This document shows positions 24,878 to 45,696 of a DNA stretch of 64,000 bases, one piece after another. The stretch lies in the NCBI RefSeq assembly GCF_009914755.1, contig NC_060925.1. The stretch is one strand, 5' to 3'. The notes beneath the pieces are model-generated. The model did not search any database. It was given only the letters and a program-made list of their open reading frames with translations, and was not told the origin of the DNA. This stretch comes from the human T2T-CHM13v2.0 reference genome, Homo sapiens. The position numbers and the translations under genes were made by a program. Each line of letters starts with the position of its first letter. Position 1 is the first letter of the stretch.

Positions 24878-27589
24878 CTATTAACTAAGCTATAGACTTT
24901 ATTCAGATTTCACCAGTTTTTCCACTAATGTCCTTTTCCAGGATCCTACCCAGGATACCACATTACACTTAGCAGATTGCATTTTTGAGATTTATGATGA
25001 CACATGACATTTTAATTTATTCATTCTAATTGAAGTTGGATTCCCATTGTTTGACCATACCAACATGTATTTATTCTCCTGTCGGTAGGTAGTTAGGTTG
25101 TTTCCAAATTTCTTTTACTATTACAAACAATGGTGCAATACTTGTACCTCTGTCCTTATCTTCTTTACACTGTCAGGAAACAGAGAGCACCTATCTATAA
25201 TTTACGATGAAGTCTAAGCCTGTACCTTCAAAACCTGGCTCTGACTTTTTCTTCTAGCCTCCTCTTCATCTCCCACCAAACCTCCAGGTTCAGGACTGGT
25301 TACTCCAGCTCTCTCCAATGTTTTCTTTTTCTTTCTTTTTTTTATTTTCTTTTTTTATTTTTTAGCATCAGGGTCTCACTCTTTTTGTCCAGGCTGGAGT
25401 ACAGTGGCATGAACATAGCTCACTTTAACCTTGAACTCCTAGGCTCAAGCAATCCTCCCACCTTAGCCTCCCAAGTACTAGGACTACAGGCACTTGCCAC
25501 CATGCCTGGCCATTTTTATTGTTTATTTTTGAAGAGACGGGGTCTTGCTTTGTTGCCCAGGCTGGTCTGGAGCTCCTGGGCTCAAGCAATTCTCCCACCT
25601 CGGCCTTGCAAAGTGCTGGGATTATGGATGTGAGTCACCGCAATTGGCCTTCAGCCTTCCCTTTTCTGGTCATCTTTCTTACCCCACTGCCAGCCCCAGC
25701 AGTGTCTATCTGAATGCTGTGCAATTTAAGAGTAAAATAGGGTTAGTAAGGAAAGCTTGGACTGGGCATGAAAGAGACTTATGTTCATGTCTATCTACCT
25801 CTTCATTTGACAAAGGGTTCCTAATTATCTCCCATGTGGCAGACACAGTGCTAGGTACCCAGAGGTTTGTCCTTAGATGCTCCCCTTTTCATTCCACATC
25901 TCAGGGGCTCTTGTTCATTCTGATGGCTTCAATTCTGAAATCCATAACTCCAGCCCAGACTTTGTTTCCTGAGCTTCTAGCTCATATATGTAACTGCTTC
26001 CTGGACATTCCCATTTCTCATAGGTAACCTCAAAGTTGATTTGTTCAAAAATTACTTCATGGCTGGGTGCTGTGGCTTATGCCTGTAATCCCAGCATTTT
26101 GGGAGGCTGAAGTGGGAGGATTTCTTGAGCCCAAGAGTTCAAGAAATTTCAAGACAGCTTCTTTCAATTTCTGTAGCTATCCAGTTGCAGACTGGTGAAA
26201 TTTGCAAACCATTGTTAACCACAGACCACACTTTGAGTAGCACCAAAGAGAGGCAACAGAACAGAATGTACATATGTGGTCCTTAGAGCAGGACAGCAGA
26301 AGGCAGAAAAAGAAGATTCTTTTAAGCAAACAGGTAATAATGACATCATCAGTAACTACAGTTACTGATGTAGTTCTCTACTAAGTTCTCTGTACTCAAT
26401 CAGTTCTCTGTACTAAGATATGGGTAACCCGGGGCAGTGCAAGTGCAGAGGAGGCACCTAGGCCAGCCTGGGTATCAGGGAAGGCATAAGACAGGTAGGA
26501 GTTGGGTGGGGGAAGCATTAGTGACGAGTGGGAAGGACACTCCAGGCAGAGAAACAAGTTCTGGAGTCATTCTGCAGCATATGGGTTAGAGGATGACCTT
26601 TCCTGTGATTTGATGGCTACTTGTCTCTGCGCATCAGCATTAGTTTCCATGTGTATAAAATGGATATGATAATCCTTTCTTTGAATCACAAAAAGATAAA
26701 GCATGAGATGTACCTGTTATAATGCCTGGTGCTTGCTAATATTGCTGTTCTGTGTGTAAAAGATACAGGAGTCAGAGCTGCCACAGACAGCGAGTTACAG
26801 CACTTTGCAGGGGACAGCTCATGGACCCAGGACTGGAGCCCAGAATGACAAGGGTTCTGGAAGGTAACAGGGAAAATGGCAGTGGGGTGGGCAGCATGCC
26901 TGCCCCTGAGTCATTCCCAGGCCTAGGTGTGTGTCTACAGGATGGACTGTCAGGGGAGGATAGGGTGCATTGTAAGGTTGGGGGAGGAGGCAGGACCTCA
27001 GGGCAAACTCCTCTGACCTACAAGGCCCAGGCATTCCAGATGTCCACGCAAAAATTGGCTCCAAATTAAAAGGCTGAAAGGTGGGGCTGGCTCTGTCCTA
27101 TTTTGATATGCTTTGAGGCATTCGATAAAGATGTTAATGGGATCATTCATAAATCAGGAAACTAATCCTCTGAGGTGCTGGTTGCTAATGAAGCGAGAAT
27201 CAGGAAGATTAAATCACAGATTTCAAAATCTCAGGCTGGAATTTAATCCCAGACCTTGAGTCCAGACTTCATCTCAAACAGATGGCATGGTTCGAAACAT
27301 ATCCCGACTGCAGTAGTCACTTGGAAATGAGTTCCCAGTAGTCCTTGCAGTTCAACCAAATACTACTTCTGGGAATGGGGCATGGAAATGGGACGTCGGG
27401 GTGCAGCAAAGGCTTCCTGGAGGTGACCCCAAGGGAGAGTGGCCTATAGTAGACACTCATTAAATATTGGTAAAACAAATGGAGTTAGTAGATGAAGAAA
27501 AGGGGGAAGAGCATTCCAGGCAGAGATAATACAGGGCCACCTGGCAGGGTCAAGAAGACTTGGGGCCCCTTGGCATATTAAAGTGGGCG

Positions 27590-29020
<1,431 letters not shown>

Positions 29021-30040
29021 GATCCATTCTACAAATATTTCCTAAATGCCATGTTGGGAGAAACACTAGGTATGTGGGAACTGAAAGAGGCATCAAATGG
29101 GAGTCAGAGATGGCCCCAGGAGGAGGTGATCCTGGAGTTGAGAGCTGAGCCATTGTTAGCCATAGAATCATAGCCACCATTTCTCAAGGGCCTGCTCTCA
29201 GCCCCACTCCATACTAGTAGTTGGGGACCCTAAGATACATAAGAGCCTTCTTACCCCACTTGTTATGATAGAGCAAATGTCCCTGCTCTCACTAAAGGCC
29301 CACTTGTCTATTGGTACTCCAGATCCTGTCCTTTCTTGATTCATCCATGACTTTGCTCTTATAATTGAGCCCTCTGTTTCTATATCAGTTTCTCCTTTGG
29401 TGCATCCCCATCAGCCTATAACATGCCCTCCCTTAACTGCCACCTCATTTTTCTGCTCTCATTCGTAGCAAAACTTCTTGTTTAGAGTTTAGAGATAATG
29501 TCCCACTCCATCAACTCCTCTTCCCTTGGCAGCCCAGTCCAATCAGGCTTCCTTTCTACTGCACTTGGTTTTGTCAGAGTCACCAGTGACCTCCGTCTTG
29601 CCAAATCCAGTAGTCACTTACCTGTTTATTTCAACCTCTCAGGTTCTTTGGATGACTTTGCTGTTCTGCTGGGCCTTAAATGTAGGAGTCCCCAGGCTCT
29701 GTCCTCTGTCCTGTTGTCAAACTATCTCCAGTGTTGATAGCATCCACTCTAATGGCCTTCTAACTACCATCTCTATGCTGACAACACCCAAGTTTACATT
29801 TACAGCCCTGACCTTCTCTGAGCATAATTAATAGACATCTCAAAATCAGTGTCTAAAATGGAATTCTTGTTTCAGTTGCCTCCAAATCTGCTCCTCTTCC
29901 TATCTTTCCATATACCAAGTGGCACGATCATCATGCAGTTGCTCAAGCCAATAATCTAGGAGCCTTTTTGATTCCTCTTTCCCTCCCTCCCTACCCCCTT
30001 CTGATCCATTACAAATTCTGTTTTTCATTCTTTTTTTTTA

Positions 30041-30746
<706 letters not shown>

Positions 30747-31549
30747 TAGATTTCTAACTGGTGTCTCTGCACCCCTCTGGCCCTTTATAATCCATAAGGA
30801 GCCAAATGGTTTATTTTAAAAACATATATCAGATCACATCAAATTCCTGTTTAAAAGCATCAGTGGCTTCCCGCCACACTTAGAATAAAATCCAAATTCC
30901 TTTCTATGGTCTTCAAGGCCCTATCCCTCTGTCCTCGTGTCACTGTCCATGTGGTATCACCGTGGTCACCTTGCCTTCAATTTCCTTCTAGCACCGTTGG
31001 GCTCTTTTTTGCCTTAGAGCCCTTCAATCTTCCTATGGCTGGCTCCTTTCAGGCATTTCATTTTCAGCTCACATTTCTGTTTTGGTTTTCCATAGCACTC
31101 ACCACCACCTAAAATTATAATAGTTAACAACTTTATTACTCATTTCTTGTCTTCCCGTATAAGATGGAAATTGACAGCAAGGACTTTGTTCTGTCCTGTT
31201 TACTATTTTACCCCTAGTTCAGAGATCAGTGCCCAACACACACGGGGCACTCAGTAAACACTGCGGAATAAACAGGTTGTGCCATGAAGCTCCCAGTCTT
31301 CAGTTCGTACAGACAAGGGACAGAGGTGCACAGACTGTAGCAGAAAAGCTCCAGCCCTTCCAAAGCTTATGGCAAGATCCCGACCTGAGAGAGTGCTGGT
31401 GGAGGCTCTCCTATCGGTAGAGGCCCTACACCCAACCTTGCCTCTCTCTCCAGCCTCGCCTCTCTCTCCAGCCTCCTCCTGGCTGGAGTTGGAGACCTGG
31501 GTGTCCTCAGTCCCCACTTGGGTGAAACAGTTGCTCAGACTGAGGGGTG

Positions 31550-31845
31550 GAATGGGTCGGTTGGGTGGGCGGACCAAATTCCTTTAAGAAGCGTTCAAGG
31601 CCTGAAGTGGCTGTCCGTGAGGCTGCCTTGGTTGGGGCATGGTGAGGGTGGGTGGCAGCCTGGGGCAGGGCTGCGAGGGCGGCGCAGGGCGGGACGGGTG
31701 GGGCCTGACCCCGCCCCTTGGCGCAGCTGTAAATAGGTAAATAGAAGGTGATTGTGGCGTGGCGATGTACCGATACCCGCCTGCGACGCCGTGGTGGCTG
31801 GTTCCCTGTCTCTTCAGTAGAGAGTCTAGACCCCACCCAGTCTTC
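31550..31845 (+). promoter_or_regulatory. KLF17: KLF17 promoter / CpG-rich 5' region
   Basis: GC/KLF boxes (gggcggg 31687, gggtggggc 31696, ccccgcccc 31709), E-box cagctg, and tandem GTAAATA (31729-35, 31737-43) at a TATA-like position. CpG-rich to ~32000. Confidence 0.75.
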
Positions 31846-31926
31846 ATGTACGGCCGACCGCAGGCTGAGATGGAACAGGAGGCTGGGGAGCTGAGCCGGT
31901 GGCAGGCGGCGCACCAGGCTGCCCAG
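31846..31926 (+). CDS. KLF17: KLF17 coding exon 1 (MYGRPQAEMEQEAGELSRWQAAHQAAQ)
   Basis: Recognised KLF17 N-terminus; donor cag|gtgagt, phase 0. Confidence 0.95.
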
Positions 31927-32047
31927 GTGAGTCAGGTGCCAGCCCCTGGCAGGCCGGGCGGGCCCAGGCTAGGGGGCGGCGGGGAGGGGAGGCCTTGGAG
32001 GAGAGGTGAGGCGGAGGGAAGCAGAAACCCGAGGGGTAGAAATCCGA

Positions 32048-32180
32048 GGGGAGGGGTGGCAAAGGAAGGAATGGGAGATTGGGGAGGGGTTGCAAAGGGA
32101 GGGATGGGAGATTGGGGAGGGGTTGCAAAGGGAGGGATGGGAGACTGGGGAGGGATTGGAAAGGGAGGGTTGTGAGATTG
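32048..32180 (+). repeat. G-rich 33-bp tandem repeat, ~4 copies
   Basis: Unit ggggaggggttgcaaagggagggatgggagatt; the ORF track shows GGVAKGGMGDW-type repeats. Confidence 0.9.
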
Positions 32181-34031
32181 AGGGTGTAAATCATACGTCG
32201 TTTATTCCAACAATGTTCGCCCAGCAGTAGAGCTTGTGTTGGCCGCGTGGCGGGTAAGAGGGTTCTAGGCAACTTTCTGGTGAGGGACTTGAGTAGGCAG
32301 GACAGCAAAGACCAAGTTAGGAAGTGAGCAGGAAACAACAGGAAAAAAAAAAAAAAACCCCAAAAATGTTAATTGGAGCCCTACTAAGTGGTAGGCTTTT
32401 CCCAGACCCTGGAAATACAATGATGAATTTACCATGAAACAGATATATATAAAATTGTATGAATAAATCGTTAACTGAATGATTGGAATTGTACAGCGTT
32501 ACATGAAGAAGAAGTCAGGGGCGCGTGGGAGCAGATACCAGAGGTGTTTGACCCGATTTGGGAGGCTTAGGAGACAGCTGAGACTCTGTTCTGGGACTAA
32601 AGAACCCGTCAGGTGAAAGGTTCCCAGGTCTGAGACCACAGGCTGCATGCTTCCTCTTAGGAGGAACTGAAAGACCAGGGCCTAGACAGTGATGGAAGGG
32701 TGGCCCCAGGGACACCATTGAGATCATTCAGGGCTTGTTTATTCCAAGAACAGTGGGAAGCCATTGATGAGTTTAAACATAATCTGTCTCAATTAGATTT
32801 GCATTTTCAAAGGAGTGCCCTGGTGGATGTGGGCTGGATTCAAGGCAACAGTTAGAAAGCTTTTGTGATAATCCAGGTGAGAATTCAAATGGCGGCCTAC
32901 CTGCAGAAGTGAGAGTGGAGATGGAGAAGCTAAATATATCATAGATTGTGGAGATGTTTTGGAGGCAGAGACCACAATCATTGGTCCCCGGGTGGTGAGG
33001 GAGACATCTAGAGTAACAGATTTCTTGCTTGCACAATTGGGTGACAATAGTGACATTTTCTGAGAGAGAGTGAAGGATGAGATGGACAAGATTAATTTGT
33101 TGTTTGAGGGAGGTGGGCAAAGATGCTAGTGAATTTTGGCCATAGTCCATTAGAAGAGCATGTGGGCCATCCGAAAGGACTCAAACAATAGGTAGCTGGA
33201 AAATTCAGGAGCCATCTTCGCCAGAGCGAAGATTCCAGATTTAGGAATAGTTGGACTGTAAACAGAAACAAAACCACTGGCATGGGGAAGCTTGCCCAGA
33301 GAGAGCAGGGAAAGGGAAATCTGCAAAAGAAACTGTGAAGGAGGGGGTCTGAGAGAAGGGAAGGAGAAAAACTTGGAAAGTGTGGCCATGCGTGTTAGAG
33401 AGGCCAAGCATTCTAAGAAGGGTGTGGCCAGTGGTCGTATAAGCTCCTGAGAGTTCAAGCGAGGAGTCTGGAAAGTGCTGCTTGGTCATAGTGGGATGGA
33501 AGTCATCAGTGGTGACCTTTATGAAAGCTGGTTCTGTGGAGAGATAGAGGCCAGAGCAAATTTGGGAGACTCATAAGGCAAAGTAGTGGTGAAGGCATGT
33601 TTAGACAACTTAATTTGCCATGAAGGACTGGGAAAACAAGAGGGCCATTGCTGAGAGTTAGGGAGGAGAGGCTGAGCACCCCAGAGGTGCCCACCCAATA
33701 GTCATTTACCTAGTTCCTATTATATGTCTGTCTTATGCTAGTTGCTGAGCATATAGTGGTAAATAAAACAGATAAGGCTGGGCATGGTGGCTCACACCTG
33801 TAGTCCCAGCAGCCCAGGAGGCTGAAGCAGAAGGCTCGTTTGAGCTCAGGAGTTTTAGGCTGTGGTCCACAACGATCACACCTGGGCATAGCCACTGCAC
33901 TTCAGCCTGGGCAACATAGTGAGATCCTGTCTCTAAAATTAATTAAATAAAAAATAAAACAAGATCTTCCCAACTCTTCTAGAGTTTTTTTTAAAAAATG
34001 AACATTTTTCTCTATAGCCAAAACCACATAA

Positions 34032-34229
<198 letters not shown>

Positions 34230-34956
34230 TAATTTTAGTAGCGGGATTTTGCTATGTTTGTCAGGCTGGTCTCAATCTTCTGCCCTCAAATGATCTACCC
34301 GCCTCAGCCTCCCAAAGAGGTGGGATTACAGGCATGAGCCGCCACGCCCAGCCGATAATTCCTTTAAATTATCTTAGATGCAAGCCTTATTCAAATGCTC
34401 CTAGCTATTCCTAAAATGTACTTCGTAGCTGGTACGTCCAAACCAGAATTTAAGACCATACACTGTATCTGGTGATTATGTCCCTTGAGTCTCTGAAATT
34501 AGAATAGTTTTATTTTTTCATGATTGGGATTCAGTTTTTCATGATGCTAACTTTTGTCTTATAGAATGTTCCTTTCCGATATATCAGATTGCTTCCTCAT
34601 GATAACATTTAGCTTTATCTTCTATCACTTGTATTACCTTTAAGTTATGATTAGATCTTACAGCTTAACTGGATTCAAGATTTTTGGCAAGAATGCCTCA
34701 TGTGTATGGTAGGTTTCATCTTGCATTACATCAGGAGACACATCTGGCTACCATTTGGTGATACTTGTATTAAGGTAGTGAAAAGCCTCATTGATCTCTC
34801 TGTAGAAATTTACCTTGTGGTCAGAAAGTAATCTGTGTGATTCTGCCTTTTGTGTATCCAGTGTCCAGTTCCCTACCAGCCATTCACCTACTGGTTTTAA
34901 CACCAAATTTAAATTTTTCCTCAATTAAATTTCCTTAGGGATGGCAAAATAAATTT

Positions 34957-35836
<880 letters not shown>

Positions 35837-36274
35837 AGCAAAATAAATTTTCTAATTCCACCATTCATTCTACATTTATTAGTTTGTATTCTTCTGTAAA
35901 GTAGGAAGTAATATTTAACTGCAATTATTTGGTAATTTTGAATTTTTTTTTCTTTTAGAGGCAGAATAAATGCTTAATTTATTCACTTCTATTAGCAATC
36001 TTCAAAGTTAGGATAAGAGCTGAGCTTTTGTCACGTGAGGCTGCAGTGAGCCATGATCATACCACTGTATTCCAGCCCAAAATGAACCATGATTGATCGC
36101 ACCATTCACATCTCAGCCTCTGGAGTAGCTGGGACTACAGACACTTGCCACTATACCTGGCAATTTTTAGGGTTTTTTTGTAGAAATGGGGGGTCTCACC
36201 ATGTTGCCCTGGCTGGTCTCGAACTCCTGGCCTCAAGCGATCCACCTGCTTCGTAGTCTCAAAATGCTCAGCCT

Positions 36275-39550
<3,276 letters not shown>

Positions 39551-40029
39551 TTCCTGTCTCCTTTTGACCCAGTCCTAATCTTTGAAAGCTCCCTTATTTT
39601 CTGGCACGAAATGTACCAGTCTCCCTTAAACCTTCCTTTTCCCAGTCTTGGAGTCAGGAAATTCTTGGTCTAACTTTTAGCAAGGAATAGAATTAGAGAC
39701 AAGTCTAGGCTCTAGAGGCACACGTTGTTATTAGAGTCACAAATGCTTCGATAGGCTATTTTACTGGACAGAGCTAGAAAAAATATATATATTTTTTACC
39801 TTGTGAATTAGTATAGAATATTTCCTATTTAAATTTAGCATTATTATTATTTATTTTGAGATGGGGTCTCACTCTGTCACCCAGGCTGGACAGCAGTGAT
39901 GCGATCACAGCTCGCTGCAGCTTCGACTTCCCAGGCTCAAGTGATCCTTTCCACTTCAGCCTCCTGAGTGGCTGGGACCACAGGCGCATGCTACCATGCC
40001 TGGCTTGTTTTTTTTTTTTTTTTTTTTAA

Positions 40030-40149
<120 letters not shown>

Positions 40150-40447
40150 TAGCAATACTAACTTATTTTAAACCATATTGCTAAAAATGACATTCAAACA
40201 GAAAAGTGAATGTAAGTACAGCTTCTACAAAGTAATGAACTGTTTGTTACAAAGTAAAACCTGTGAAACTGTCACTCAGGTCAAGAAATAGAAGCCCGTC
40301 CAGTGTCCCTTTCTTATCTTTCCCCATTCCCTACTCTCTAATATAACCCCATCCTGTTGTCTGGATGTAACTTTTTTGAATTTCCCTATTTCTGACCTGT
40401 GATGTTCCTATAACTGCTGCAAAATTTGTAATTGCTTCAAGTTTTTA

Positions 40448-40610
40448 CTTCCTTCCTTCCTTCCCTCCCTCCCTCCTTCCCTCCTTCCTTCCTTCCTTCC
40501 TTGAACTCCTGACCTCAAGTGATCCACCCGCCTCGGTGGATCTTTCCCTTTCTTTCTTTCTTTTCTTTTCTTTTCTTTTCTTTTCTTTTCTTTCTTTCTT
40601 TCTTTCTTTT

Positions 40611-40667
<57 letters not shown>

Positions 40668-40762
40668 TCTTTTCTTTCTTTCTTCTCTTTTCTTTCTTCT
40701 CTTTTCTTTCTTTCTTCTCTTCTTTCTTTCTTCTCTTTTCTTTCTTTTCTTATCTTTTCTTT
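40448..40762. repeat. (CCTT)n / (TTTTC)n / (TTTC)n polypyrimidine microsatellite with a 36-bp Alu scrap
   Basis: Directly visible. Confidence 0.95.
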
Positions 40763-41052
40763 CTTGTGTTTGATTGTTGTTACGTTTTCCCTTGATTTGT
40801 AGCAACAATTTTCGGGTGACTTTTTTTTTTAATTGCAATCTTCAATTTCTGTCTTGGTGGTTTATTATCTTGTATGGATATTGTATTTTAAACTTCTCTT
40901 TTGGTTGTCATATTTGAATGGATTGTTCTTTTCTGGACCATCCCAATTGAAGAGTGAATAGGAGATGATAGGATAGCTTTATTCGTTTCTCAACTCAAGA
41001 GCTCCCTCTTCTATTGCTACAGTAATGGACTTTTTTGTTGCTGTTGTCTTGA

Positions 41053-41193
<141 letters not shown>

Positions 41194-41857
41194 TAGCTGA
41201 TTTTGTTTTTCTTTTTGAAATTTCTGAGCTCAAGCAATCCACCTGCCTCGGCCTCCCAAAGTGCTGGGATTACCTAGTTGTGAGCCGCTGCGCCTGGACT
41301 ACTGACAGCTTTTAAAAATATGGTTCTTGGCTTCTATCCTATTTTAAGACCTTCTACCACCAATCTCTTTCTTACCCTTCATGCAAGTCAGTCATTAAGG
41401 AAACTGCCCCTGACTTCCAGACAACCCCCATCCCTTTTTTTAAGAAGTGTTTTTTTCACATCTGCCTTTTCCCCATCTCTCCTCCAGTGCTTGATCTCAG
41501 ACCTGCCCAGGCAGTTCCCACTCAGGGCAGACGCTGTAAATATTTGCAGATGATGTCTAAGTTTTGCCAAAGCCGAGACCCATCTGCAGCCTCAATTCCT
41601 TTCATCTCTGTGGCTTTCTGCACCCGTTCTGCTGGTTTGGGATGTTCTTTCACTTTCACACTTATGTATAATTTGGAGTTTGGGCCAGGCGCGGTGGCTC
41701 ACGCCTGTAATCCCAGCACTTTGGGAGGCCAAGGTGGGCAGATCACCTGAGGTCAGGAGCTCAAGACCAGCTTGACCAACATGGAGAAACCCCGTCTCTA
41801 CTAAAAATACAAAATTAGCTGGGCATGGTGGTGCATGCCTGTAATCCCAGCTACTCA

Positions 41858-41962
<105 letters not shown>

Positions 41963-42304
41963 TCAATAAAAAGAAAAAAAAAAACTGGAGTTTGAACATT
42001 TTCTCAGTTTTGCTGAAGGTGTAGGTTATGGACTGTTTTATTTGCTCTCTTTGTTGCTTTGTGTGAAATAAAAACCAAAAACATGTCCAAGGGAAGGTGG
42101 CATGAGTTACATTTAGGCTTCCGTGGGGCTTGTATCAGCCAGACCGCATGTTAGAAAGCCCAAGCTGGGAAATGGTCTGGAGGCAGGATAATTCAAGCAA
42201 GAGATGGAAATAGAGGGCTGGATTAGGATGGGGTCTGGGGATGAAGAGGAGGAACATGTGGAACTGGAATTTGAGCAAAAATCACCTGACTCTTTTTCCC
42301 CAAG

Positions 42305-43148
42305 GATAACGAGAACTCAGCGCCCAACTTGAACATGTCTTCATCTTCTGGAAGCTCTGGAGTGCACACCTCTTGGAACCAAGGCCTACCAACCATTCAG
42401 CACTTTCCTCACAGCGCAGAGATGCTGGGGTCCCCTTTGGTGTCTGTTGAGGCGCCGGGGCAGAATGTGAATGAAGGGGGGCCACAGTTCAGTATGCCAC
42501 TGCCTGAGCGTGGTATGAGCTACTGCCCCCAAGCGACTCTCACTCCTTCCCGGATGATTTACTGTCAGAGAATGTCTCCCCCTCAGCAAGAGATGACGAT
42601 TTTCAGTGGGCCCCAACTAATGCCCGTAGGAGAGCCCAATATTCCAAGGGTAGCCAGGCCCTTCGGTGGGAATCTAAGGATGCCCCCCAATGGGCTGCCA
42701 GTCTCGGCTTCCACTGGAATCCCAATAATGTCCCACACTGGGAACCCTCCAGTGCCTTACCCTGGCCTCTCGACAGTACCTTCTGACGAAACATTGTTGG
42801 GCCCGACTGTGCCTTCCACTGAGGCCCAGGCAGTGCTCCCCTCCATGGCTCAGATGTTGCCCCCGCAAGATGCCCATGACCTTGGGATGCCCCCAGCTGA
42901 GTCCCAGTCATTGCTGGTTTTAGGATCTCAGGACTCTCTTGTCAGTCAGCCAGACTCTCAAGAAGGCCCATTTCTACCAGAGCAGCCCGGACCTGCTCCA
43001 CAGACAGTAGAGAAGAACTCCAGGCCTCAGGAAGGGACTGGTAGAAGGGGCTCCTCAGAGGCAAGGCCTTACTGCTGCAACTACGAGAACTGCGGAAAAG
43101 CTTATACCAAACGCTCCCACCTCGTGAGCCACCAGCGCAAGCACACAG
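42305..43148 (+). CDS. KLF17: KLF17 coding exon 2 (Pro/Ser/Met-rich region plus zinc finger 1)
   Basis: Acceptor tttttccccaag|GATAAC; finger 1 YCCNYENCGKAYTKRSHLVSHQRKHT; donor acag|gtgaag, phase 1; 844 nt. Confidence 0.96.
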
Positions 43149-43333
43149 GTGAAGGAGGTGTCAGGTGGGGTGGGGATGGAGGAGTCTCTGGGCTTTAGAT
43201 TTGTCCTGGGCCACTGGTGGGTAATTGTTTGGGATGAGCCTTTCATCTTCCAAGCTTGGAACTAAGCTAGACTGGCCCCCCGACTTGCCATACAGGAGGA
43301 CTGTGCCAAGATGACTGGGGCGGGCACTCCTGA

Positions 43334-43708
<375 letters not shown>

Positions 43709-44544
43709 GTCAGTCTCCTCTCCTCATTCTGGGTTTTCTTTTTCCTTTTTTCCTTTTTATTTTTTTGAGACGGAGTCTCACTCTGTCTCCCAGGCTGGAG
43801 TGCAGTGGCGCAATTCGGTTCACTGCACCTTCCACCTCCCAGGTTCAAGTGATTTTCCTGCCTCAGCCTCCCGAGTAGCTAGGACTACAGGCACGTGCCA
43901 CCAGGCCCGGGTAATTTTTTGTATTTTTAGTAGAGACGGGGTTTCACTGTGTTAGCCAGGATGGTCTCGATCTCCTGACCTCATGATCCGCCCACGCTGG
44001 CCTCCCAAAGTGCTGGGATTACAGGCGTGAGCCACCGCAGCCGGCCTCATTCTGGCTTTTCTACACAGATCCTACCTGCCTCTGACCAGTTCTTCTCTTT
44101 GGTGGGTGTAGGATTAGATGAAGACAGGAAGATTATGGGTCAGTGTTGAAGCCTACACGGAGCTCTGGAGCCAGAGACTCCTCAAACCCTGTCTCGGATG
44201 CCCTTAACCTCTCTGGGGCCACCTGCTTCTGCTGGAGTTTAGTCAGATGCGAATGTGGAGCACAGTAGAGACTGGGAGCTTCATTAAAATGCTCTTTATT
44301 TCTTGTCGCTCCCCAGCTTAAAACCCTTTAGTGACTCCTTTGCTTGCTACATAAAATCCAGTTTCCAGAGCCAGACTATTTTCAAATCCTGAATTTGCCA
44401 CTTAATATCCATGTGACCTTGAGAAAGTTCTTGGATCACTATGCTTTGTTTCTTCCAGAAAATGAAAAAACTAGTTTTGGACTGTATTAGACGTGGCACA
44501 TATACTGCATCATTCTCCCTGGCACTCACTGGCCATGTACCCAG

Positions 44545-45610
<1,066 letters not shown>

Positions 45611-45696
45611 GAGGACTAGGAGGGAGAGGAGGACCTAAGCCTGGGGCAGATAAAGATGAATCTCACTGTAACTTCTTCTCCTCCCACCTTCCTTAG

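Noticed and set aside
43149-43198. ORF-track tail GGVRWGGDGGVSGL of KLF17, and the TGE* end of the KLF18 ORF at 51617
   Set aside because: Read-through into introns past clear GT donors; fingers 2-3 are in the next exons.
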